A stretch of DNA of 63,383 nucleotides, counting the filler, from Octopus bimaculoides (Eukaryota), in assembly GCF_001194135.2 (NCBI RefSeq). It is 6 parts of 6 records of this genome, joined end to end, with 100 filler letters (N's around TTAATTAATTAA, not from the genome) between each part and the next. Parts side by side here need not be neighbours in the genome. Positions count along the whole stretch, not along the records: positions 24,850 to 56,633 come from NC_068981.1; positions 56,734 to 58,861 come from NC_069009.1; positions 58,962 to 63,383 come from NW_026312013.1; 3 more parts are not named here. One strand, 5' to 3'. The notes under the pieces are model-generated. The model worked only from the letters and a program-made list of their open reading frames with translations, was not told the DNA's origin and searched no databases. A program made the position numbers and the translations under genes. Below, in pieces: positions 54,041 to 63,383 of the stretch (position 1 is its first letter; each line of letters starts with the position of its first letter).

Positions 54041-54322
54041 CCTTACAAAGTTGTGTGGACTAACGATATATATATATATATATTATCATCATCATCATTT
54101 AACAGCCATTTTCCATACTGGCATGAGCTGGATGGTTTGACAGGAGCTGACTAGGTGGAAGACTGCATCACGATTCACTGTCTATTTTCGCATAGTTTTA
54201 CTGCTGAATGCCCTGCCTAACACCAACCACTCTGCAGGGTGGACTGTATATATATGTATATATATGTATATATATACNNNNNNNNNNNNNNNNNNNNNNN
54301 NNNNNNNNNNNNNNNNNNNNNN

Positions 54323-54372
<50 letters not shown>

Positions 54373-54398
54373 TGTATGTATGTATGTATGTACGTATT

Positions 54399-54568
54399 TG
54401 TTGTGTCGATGCCCCCAGACGATAAAGTAGGCTAGCCCAATACGTAGATTTTGAGAGAGAAGTCTAGATGTCGGGTAGTTGCGTAGAGGTCATCCGAACG
54501 TGTGATATAAAAGTGGCGATGAAGATTTCATAGCTCACACAGCCACTGTGTAGTATTGCGATATAACA
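54399..54568 (+). mobile_element. Putative 5' LTR of the Gypsy element (TG...CA, 170 bp)
   Basis: TGTTGTG start and ATATAACA end immediately before the PBS; no 3' LTR is present to confirm it. Confidence 0.6.
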
Positions 54569-54569
54569 G

Positions 54570-54580
54570 TGGCGATGAGG
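54570..54580 (+). promoter_or_regulatory. Primer-binding site, tRNA-Ser(GCU)-like
   Basis: TGGCGATGAGG, one change from TGGCGACGAGG, the complement of the tRNA-Ser(GCU) 3' end. Confidence 0.6.
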
Positions 54581-54597
54581 TTTTGAATAGTACCGAA

Positions 54598-56425
54598 ATG
54601 GAAGAGTTACTGAAAGCAGTTGTAAAACAACAAGAGCAGCAGCAGCAGCAACTACAGCAGCAGCAGCAGCAACTACAGAAGTTAACAGAATTATTACTGC
54701 AGTCAAGAAATACGACAGAATCTTTTTCAGCAGATGGTGTTGCAAATTCCATCAAAGAATTTCACTACAATCCGGATGAAGGAATTACTTTTGCTGCATA
54801 TTACAGACAATATGAAGACATATTCTGAGAGGAATGCAAGGGATGGTCTAGTAAAAGGAAGGTAAGGCTCCTTTTGCGAAAGCTTGCTACTCCGGAACAT
54901 GAAAATTTTTGTAACTTTATTTTGCTGAGAAATCCTGCGGAATTGTTTTGATGAAACGATAAATATTTTGACGAATATTTTTTAGCGAGAAAAATTCGCA
55001 GTTTAACATTTGAGGGGAATGTTTAAATTTAAAGAAAAACGAGTCCGATGATTTTGTAACATATGCCGGTATGGTTAATAAGGCTTGCAAAAGGTTTAAG
55101 CTGGAAGAATTAACACCCGATATGTTCAATTGCCTAATATTCATTAAGGGGCTAGTGGCAACGGAAGACGCGGAAATTAGAAAAAGAATATTATCAAAGT
55201 TGAATCAAGATGTGAAACTCACTTTGTAGAAAGTGGCTGAGGAATGCCAACAAATAATAAACCTTCAAGATGATACAAGAAAGATAGAAGACAAGAATAA
55301 TAATGTACAAATGTGTAAAGAAAGTACAGAAAGAAGGAAAAATTCAAATTCAAAATGGTGCTATGGTTGCAGAGATCGACATTTAAGGAAAGATTGCTCT
55401 TTTAAAGATAAAACCTGTTTTAAGTGGGGTAAAATGGGTTTCAGACCAAAATGCAATTAGATACTGGTTCAGATGTATTGATAATAAATACGGCAACATG
55501 GAGTAAAATAGGCAGGCCATTGTATAAAAAAATTACTAGGATAACCCACAGTGTGTTAGGGGAAGGAGTTCAATTCTTGGGTGAAATTTCACCAGAAATA
55601 AAACTTAAAAACAGGACTCAGAAATGTAAACTAAAAACAGGACTCAGAAATGTAAACTAAAAACAGGACTCAGAAATGTAAACTAATGGCATCTAAGAAT
55701 ACAATGAATCTGTTTGGGACAGATTTAATGGAAGGATTCGACCTCACGGAATACATTATGCAACAAGGTGAATGTGTCACAGTCCATGTCAGAGAAAGCA
55801 TCGGTAAAAATGAAATTTAAATTGAAAAAGATGTACCCTGATGTTTTTTTGAAAGAGCTCGGTATGTGTAAAAAAATTAAAGTAAAGTTTGAGTTGAAAG
55901 AAAATGCGGTGCCGGTGTTCAAACCGAAAAGGAATGTACCTTTTGCGGCGTTAAATCAAGTTGAGAAGGAATTAAAGATTGGAAGACATGGAAGTAATTG
56001 GAAAAGTAGACCACTCTGAGTGGGCAGCTCCTACGGTATATATAAAAAAGAAGAACAATGAGGTAAGAGTATGTGCGGACTTCTCAACTGGTTTTAATGA
56101 TTGTTTAAAAAATTACAATTATCCGCTTCCAAACCCAGAAGAAATATTTGCTAAGTGCAATGGTGGGAAAATTTTTTCCAAGCTGTATTTGTCAGAGGCC
56201 TAAGGCCAATTACTGGTAGATGAAGAATGTGCTAAAGTATTAACAATCAATACTCATAAATGTCTGTACTGTTTCAAAAGACTGCCATTTGGGGTAAAGT
56301 TTGCACCAGCAATATTTCAGCAAGTGATGGATACTATGCTAGCAGATTGTGAGTTCACGGTCCCATACTTGGATGACATATTGATCAAAAGTGAATCAAG
56401 GGACCAATATACTGAACATATATGA
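54598..56425 (+). mobile_element. Gypsy/Ty3 (Mag-like) gag-protease-RT, disrupted and 3'-truncated
   Basis: gag EFHYNPDEGITFAAYY, CCHC-like CYGCRDRH..CFKWGK, protease LDTGSD, RT EWAAPTV..RVCADFSTG..RLPFGVKFAPAIFQ..YLDDIL. Confidence 0.93.
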
Positions 56426-56429
56426 GCAG

Positions 56430-56633
56430 AAGACTAAGCATGGATATATTAGTAGAAAGCTCTAAGATGATAGTAACATTGATCATTAAAGCAGTTTATC
56501 ATGGACGAATAGCCAGATTACTACTTCCCACTTTGAAGGGTATGTGTGTGCAATCCAGGAACAGGAAATATTAACCAAGTACCTGATGCACAAAAGGGAC
56601 AGAGATGCAGGTAAAGCTGTAAAATGTGATAAC
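56430..56633 (+). mobile_element. R4/Dong-type fragment upstream of the CCHC region
   Basis: GYVCAIQEQEILTKYLMHKRDRDAGKAVKCDN. Confidence 0.65.
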
Positions 56634-56733
56634 NNNNNNNNNNNNNNNNNNNNNNNNNNNNNNNNNNNNNNNNNNNNTTAATTAATTAANNNNNNNNNNN
56701 NNNNNNNNNNNNNNNNNNNNNNNNNNNNNNNNN

Positions 56734-56764
<31 letters not shown>

Positions 56765-56769
<5 letters not shown>

Positions 56770-56945
56770 CCCCCCCATCACAACTTGACAACTAATGTTT
56801 ATTTGTTTATATTGTCATATAACTTAGCAGTTTGGCAAATAATGACCAATATTGGTGAAGGGGAGGGGGTGATTCATTCAACTAAAAGTTTTTCAAGGCA
56901 GTGCTCCAGCATGGCTGCAGTCTAATGACTGAAACAAGTAAAGGA
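56765..56945 (+). mobile_element. SINE family A 3' half, CpG-decayed
   Basis: AACTTAGCAGTTTGGCA..GGCAGTGCTCCAGCATGGCTGCAGTCTAATGACTGAAACAAG. Confidence 0.75.
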
Positions 56946-57344
56946 TACAAGATGAGGATGACAAAGAAGGGGATAGTTATTGATGATGATGATGATGATC
57001 ATCTTCATCATCATGGTGATGATAATGTTGCTACACCTGCTGGTATTGATGATGGTGATGATTGTTGTTGCTGTTGTTGTGGTGAGGCTGGAGATGTTGA
57101 TGAAAGTTATAATGATGATGATGATGATGGTGATGGTCATGATGACAACAGCAATAATGCTACTGCTGCTTCTCTTTATGACGATGATGATGATGATTGC
57201 ACAGGTGATAAGGTTGATTGTGATGATAACAACAATGATGTTCATGATGATGGTGAGCATGATGATGACAATGGTGGTGGTGCTGACAATAATGATGATA
57301 ACATTGCTGCATGTTATTGATGATGATGGTGATGATGATGATAA

Positions 57345-58003
57345 AGACCCCTGTCTCCTTCGGTCATGAATGACTATGGGATTGCACCTAGAAAGTTACC
57401 CTCCAAGGCACAAGACCATGCAAAGTCTTTTATGGATGACCAGCAATTTCCCATGCAAATTGCTTCCCCTCTCAACACCATTATATGTACATGGGGTAAA
57501 GGGTAAAGACCCCTTCAGTCATGACTGACCATGGGATTGCACCTAGAAAGTTCCCCTCCGAGGCACAAGTCCAGGTAAGGTTGTTTATGGAAGACCAGCA
57601 GTGACCCATGCATACCGACCTCCCCTCATGCCATTATATGGACATAGGGTAAAGGGTAAAGATTCTCTCCGGTCATGAATGACCATGGAATTGATTGCAC
57701 CTATAAAGTTCCCCTCCGAGGCACAAGTCTGGGCAAGGTTTGTTTATGGAAGACCAGCAGTTGCCCATGCATACCGACCTCCCCTCATGCCATTATATGG
57801 ACATAGGGTAAAGGGTAAAGATTNNNNNNNNNNGCCACCGATGTTGTCCAAGAGAAAGGCAAAGGGGCCGATACAGCTTGGAACCAGTGAAATAAAGCAC
57901 CCTGAAATAAAGTGTCTTGCTCAAGAACACAACACACAGCCTGGTCTGGGAATCGAACTCACTACATGATTGTGAGCACAATGCTCTAAGCACTGAGCCA
58001 TGT
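57345..58003 (-). mobile_element. SINE C-related element with a tandemly repeated tail of about 155 bp (at least 3 units)
   Basis: Head CATGGCTCAGTG..GAGTTCGATTCC near 58000; units with GGTCATGAATGACCATGG.ATTGCACCTAGAAAGTT..GGGTAAAGGGTAAA. Confidence 0.8.
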
Positions 58004-58491
58004 ACTTTCACTTCATGATGATGATGATAATGCTGCTGCTGTTGATGATGATGATAATATTGATTATTATGACATTGATGATGATGATAACGACACTGTA
58101 ACCAATTATGAGATGATTTCATTTCACAGAAAAATCAAAGGAAAAAGCTTTGAATCAGATTAAATTTCCAAAAATGGGAGAAAAAAGAAATTATTTTTTC
58201 TTTCATTGAAGTTGTACAACGACATTTCTTTGGTGTTGTTGTTATTTGCTGGTGGTGGTGGGTCACACTACTTGTTGGTATCAATTGGTGTCGGTGGTGT
58301 TGGTAGTGGGAATGCTGGTAATATTATTATACTTGGTGGTGGTGGTGGTGGCAATGACGGTGGTGATGTTGGCCTTGGTGGCAGTGGTGGTGGTGTGGGC
58401 AAATGGTCACAGGTATGTTGCTATATCATATTCTAAATTTATTTGTTCGTAATGTGTTAGTATATGTGATTATATACCACTTGTGTGTGCG

Positions 58492-58667
58492 TGTGTTTGT
58501 GGTAAGTAGCTTGCTTACCAACGCCACATGGCTCCGGGTTCAGTCCCACTGCGTGGCACCTTGGGCAAGTGTCTTCTACTATAGCCTTGGGCCGACCAAA
58601 GCCTTGTGAGTGGATTTGGTAGACGAAAACTGAAAGAAGCCCGTCGTGTATATATATATATATATAT

Positions 58668-58700
<33 letters not shown>

Positions 58701-58861
58701 GTTTAACGTCCGCTTTCCATGCTAGCATGGGTTGGACGATTTGACTGAGGACTGGTGAAACCAGATGGCTACACCAGGCTCCAATCTGATTTGGCAGAGT
58801 TTCTCCAGCTGGATGCCCTTCCTAATGCCAACCACTCAGAGAGTGTAGTGGGTGCTTTCAC
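58492..58861. mobile_element. SINE A head and body (+) joined through (AT)n/(ATC)n to an RTE-tail stub (-)
   Basis: High similarity to 15067 onward, with CpGs intact; 58700-58861 is the reverse complement of the RTE 3' UTR at about 34480-34640. Confidence 0.88.
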
Positions 58862-59172
58862 NNNNNNNNNNNNNNNNNNNNNNNNNNNNNNNNNNNNNNN
58901 NNNNNTTAATTAATTAANNNNNNNNNNNNNNNNNNNNNNNNNNNNNNNNNNNNNNNNNNNNATCAACTGGAACCCTTGACGTCGTAAGCGACGGAGTGCC
59001 AACAACATCTACCACAGTATGGTTTACTCTAACATAACATCCACGCTTAAGTGGGGATAAATATTATCTCTCCTTACTAATAATACTGCCTCCGTTGCTA
59101 ATAAATACTGTTTAACACACAAAAGAGTTATATTAGAAGCGGGAACGTCGTGTTTTATGGAGTGAGTTAAGG

Positions 59173-60190
59173 CAGGGGTTTTCAAACTTTTTGACTTGCG
59201 GACCACTTTATATTTCAGGCTTTACCTTAGGGACCGGACCCCCTTATAAACGCTTATGAAATTTATACATAAATGTTTGCTTAAAATAACATATATTTTT
59301 ACATTTATTTATTTAACAGTATTTAACAAAATAGGTTTATTGTCAATTAAAAGATTTCGATTAAAAACCATATATAAAATCAAATTGCCCATAAAAAGTA
59401 TTTGCTGTCCACGCCCCCCTGTCTTGTCCTTGCGGACCNNNNNNNNNNNNNNNNNNNNNNNNNNNNNNNNNNNNNNNNNNNNNNNNNNNNNNNNNNNNNN
59501 NNNNNNNNNNNNNNNNNNNNNNNNNNNNNNNNNNNNNNNNNNNNNNNNNNNNNNNNNNNNNNNNNNNNNNNNNNNNNNNNNNNNNNNNNNNNNNNNNNNN
59601 NNNNNNNNNNNNNNNNNNNNNNNNNNNNNNNNNNNNNNNNNNNNNNNNNNNNNNNNNNNNNNNNNNNNNNNNNNNNNNNNNNNNNNNNNNNNNNNNNNNN
59701 NNNNNNNNNNNNNNNNNNNNNNNNNNNNNNNNNNNNNNNNNNNNNNNNNNNNNNNNNNNNNNNNNNNNNNNNNNNNNNNNNNNNNNNNNNNNNNNNNNNN
59801 NNNNNNNNNNNNNNNNNNNNNNNNNNNNNNNNNNNNNNNNNNNNNNNNNNNNNNNNNNNNNNNNNNNNNNNNNNNNNNNNNNNNNNNNNNNNNNNNNNNN
59901 NNNNNNNNNNNNNNNNNNNNNNNNNNNNNNNNNNNNNNNNNNNNNNNNNNNNNNNNNNNNNNNNNNNNNNNNNNNNNNNNNNNNNNNNNNNNNNNNNNNN
60001 NNNNNNNNNNNNNNNNNNNNNNNNNNNNNNNNNNNNNNNNNNNNNNNNNNNNNNNNNNNNNNNNNNNNNNNNNNNNNNNNNNNNNNNNNNNNNNNNNNNN
60101 NNNNNNNNNNNNNNNNNNNNNNNNNNNNNACCCCCTGTCTTGTCCTTGCGGACCCCCTGTGGTCCGCGGACCACAGTTTGAAAACCCCTG
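59173..60190. mobile_element. hAT-type non-autonomous element (contains a gap)
   Basis: 15-bp TIR CAGGGGTTTTCAAAC / GTTTGAAAACCCCTG; perfect 8-bp TSD AGTTAAGG at 59165-59172 and 60191-60198. Confidence 0.93.
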
Positions 60191-60199
60191 AGTTAAGGA

Positions 60200-60690
60200 G
60201 TAAGGAAGCGAAGCGTAATGCCGAGGCTGAATTGCTACAATATTTGAAGGAGTCGATTTCTTGTTTGCAACAGGGAAAACTTAGAATTAAAAAAGAAAAT
60301 TTGCTACGAATAAGAGGATGGTACAAACCAAGGAAGAGTGACGAGAACTATAGACACGTTAAACTAAATACAGGATTGGATAATACAGTAGTAAGTGACA
60401 AATAGAGGCTGTGTGTTGTGATTAACGTGAGACTGTATGACATATTGTTAATGAATGCACGAAGCTGAGCGGAAAACAATACAAAACAATACACGATAAT
60501 GTCGTAGGAATGATTCACTGAGAAGTGAGAGGCATGTATAGATTGGATAAAGCAAAGGGCGTGGTACGGGAAAATCACAGAAAGCGTAATCGAGAAAGAC
60601 AAGGTAGAGAAACTTTGGGATGTTATGATTGAATGTGACCACAAGATTGAACAGCGAAAACCGGATATAGTAGTCGTGAATCGAGAGGAA
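60200..60690 (+). mobile_element. R4/Dong-type C-terminal fragment (CCHC and RLE)
   Basis: HIVNECTKL..HDNVVGMIH..LWDVMIECDHKIEQRKPDIVVVNREEK. Confidence 0.82.
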
Positions 60691-61140
60691 AAAGAAAAAA
60701 ACCCTGTATAATCACAAAATATTGCTCACCCGAGCAGGTCAGATATGATGACAGTTTTTGGTAATGGCAGCCTTTGCTCTATCCAATCCATACATGCCAC
60801 TCACTTCCTAGTGAATTATTCCTACGACATTACCGTGTCTTGTTTTGTATTGTAATCGGGTCAGCTTCGTGCATTCGTTAACAATAAGACATCAGGATTT
60901 TTTAAATGTTGTGTGGTATTTGATATACCAGTACGTAGACACATGTAGGGCTATCGAAAACCGCACAGAATAGATACCAGTGGGTGCATATGTTCATAGA
61001 TGTAAGTCAAAGGTTACTTTTGGTTATTTCTCATGCTCCAATTATATATATATATATATAAATATTTATATATATATATATGTATGTATGTATATATATA
61101 TGCATATGTGTGTATGTATATACGTATATATGTACATAGG

Positions 61141-61173
<33 letters not shown>

Positions 61174-61294
61174 CTATATATGTGTGTGTGTGTATATATA
61201 TATATATATACATCCAGACAGACGATACGAAGAAAACAAGACAGGTCATTCGGAGTTTTCTTTCCTCAGTCGAATTCCAGATTATCTTTGCAAT

Positions 61295-61455
61295 TTCGGC
61301 TGGTTTCGATTCCTGGACCAGGCGACGTGTTGTGTTCTTGAGCAAAACACTTCATTTCACGTTGCTCCAGTCCACTCAGCTGGCAAAAATGAGTAACGCC
61401 GCGATGGACTGGCGTCCCGTCCAGCTGGGGAACACATACGCCACAGAAACCGGGA
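61295..61455 (+). mobile_element. SINE family C, CpG-intact
   Basis: B-box GGTTTCGATTCC, then CTTGAGCAAAACACTTCATTTCACGTTGCTCCAGTCCACTCAGC. Confidence 0.82.
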
Positions 61456-61939
61456 ATATATATATGTATGTATGTATGTATATAACATGCATCATTTGTG
61501 GAGTGACAAGAAAGAACATTTGTGGGATTTTACGTTCTTTCTTTCTCGCGTGCCTCATGTATGCGTGCAGGTGGTCTGGTCACATATGTGGTCTCAAGAG
61601 CTTGCATACGCACATACACCTTCACAAACGTACGTTTACACAATTACATACGCACATACCTGTAAAACACGATAAGTTATTGAGTAGTAGTGGTAGTAGT
61701 AAATCATGTTGTTCAACGATGAGTTATTCACAACGATGAGCTATTTACGACTGACCTTGTGTAAAAATTTGCTAGCACCAGCAGTAGTCTTTGTTGACAA
61801 ATTTTACTGGACCGTTTGGAATTTGAATTACTCCACATTGCGTACAGTCGTGTTGTATTTTAAATAGGCTTCAAAAGAAACCGGCCTTGGCACTTTACAT
61901 AGAGTAACCCATCTGCCAGGATATTTATATCCTTCCTCA

Positions 61940-61979
<40 letters not shown>

Positions 61980-62528
61980 NNNNNNNNNNNNNNNNNNNNN
62001 NNNNNNNNNNNNNNNNNNNNNNNNNNNNNNNNNNNNNNNNNNNNNNNNNNNNNNNNNNNNNNNNNNNNNNNNNNNNNNNNNNNNNNNNNNNNNNNNNNNN
62101 NNNNNNNNNNNNNNNNNNNNNNNNNNNNNNNNNNNNNNNNNNNNNNNNNNNNNNNNNNNNNNNNNNNNNNNNNNNNNNNNNNNNNNNNNNNNNNNNNNNN
62201 NNNNNNNNNNNNNNNNNNNNNNNNNNNNNNNNNNNNNNNNNNNNNNNNNNNNNNNNNNNNNNNNNNNNNNNNNNNNNNNNNNNNNNNNNNNNNNNNNNNN
62301 NNNNNNNNNNNNNNNNNNNNNNNNNNNNAAACGACAAAAAAAAAATAACAGCAAAAAACAACAACGCGAGGACGTGATGCAGATATTGTGTTACTGGCCG
62401 CTCAGGAAAGGAAAGAAAGAGAATTTGACGTTTCGAGCGGAGCTCTTCGTCGGAAATATAGGAAAGTCCAAAGAAGGGAAGACGGAGGAAGAAAAAATCG
62501 CCAAAGATATACACGAGGTTATATATAA

Positions 62529-62563
<35 letters not shown>

Positions 62564-63234
62564 CATATGTATATACATACATATTTATAGATAAGAGACA
62601 GGTAATCTCTGTATAGAACACACTTTGTAGTGCTCAAGAGATTTGAACTTGAGCAGGTAGAGGAGTAAATGTAAGGATGAGCAAGTTAGACAAGTCGATA
62701 TACATAGAATATTAACCCATTACCTACCAGTGATCTCATATGAGATCACTTAAAAATTACAAATTTCGTAATTATCTGTCAATATTTACACATATCTAAC
62801 CTTTTTGCTATATCTACTAGGTATATTTCTCTGATATTCAAATGAGGTTTTCTAATTTTTCACCCAATATCTTGCTTATTTCTATTTAAAATGTTATTTT
62901 GAAATGTTATTTTGATCATTCCAGCGTGTTTCTAAGGCTGTTTTATGCTAGAAATCAAAGTTTCATAAAAAAAATTCCAGTTAATAGAATTATGGTAGGT
63001 AATGGTTTAAATACATTTAATACAAAAATGTACATATGTTAACAGATAAAAGAAAGTCCGACTTACACAGAATAGAAATGTTATCAGGATTGAAAGGGGT
63101 TGAATTTTACGAGTCCAACAGCTTGCTGGTCCGGAATAATGATAGTTACTTGGTTCCATCATCGAATAACACTGCCTCCGTCTTCAGGGGTGAATTTTAC
63201 ATTTGAGGTGTTGACAGGATGGAGTTTAAACACT

Positions 63235-63383
63235 TTTGCCAAAAGAGATCGATATAGTAGGTATCAAGTTTTAAAAAGTAATAAGTCCTGGGGGTTGATC
63301 TGTTCGACTAAAAACCCTTCAAGGTGATGCTCCAGCATGGCAGCAGTCAATTGACTGAAACAAAACAAATAAAAGATATATAT
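63235..63383 (+). mobile_element. SINE family A 3' part
   Basis: AAAAGAGATCGATATAG..AAGTCCTGGGGTTGAT..GCTCCAGCATGGCAGCAGTC..GACTGAAACAA. Confidence 0.8.

Overview
AT-rich, gap-riddled eukaryotic draft sequence made almost entirely of microsatellites and decayed transposable elements. The SINE families, repeat content and gap style resemble a cephalopod (octopus-like) genome; this is inference from recalled repeat sequences, not a database match. I found no host protein-coding exon, rRNA, intact tRNA or CRISPR array that I can support, and most ORF-track entries are microsatellite or N-run artefacts. Recognisable elements are: CR1/L2-type, RTE and R4/Dong-type (RLE) LINE fragments; a split Penelope-like element; a Gypsy/Ty3 (Mag-like) LTR element with LTR, PBS and gag-pro-RT; a DD37D (maT) and a mariner DNA transposon; two hAT-type MITEs; a Helentron-like element; and three tRNA-derived SINE families (labelled A, B and C here). 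The signals not explained by simple annotation are: (i) six unrelated fold-back inverted repeats, one with a G-U wobble bias on the + strand; (ii) an internal domain of about 26.5-58 kb where SINE copies have lost their CpGs, suggesting a methylated gene body whose exons I could not locate; (iii) several degenerate hammerhead-ribozyme-like motifs; and (iv) apparent microsatellite targeting by RLE retrotransposons. None of these establishes a new biological system. Element boundaries were set by eye and are approximate unless TIRs or TSDs are quoted.
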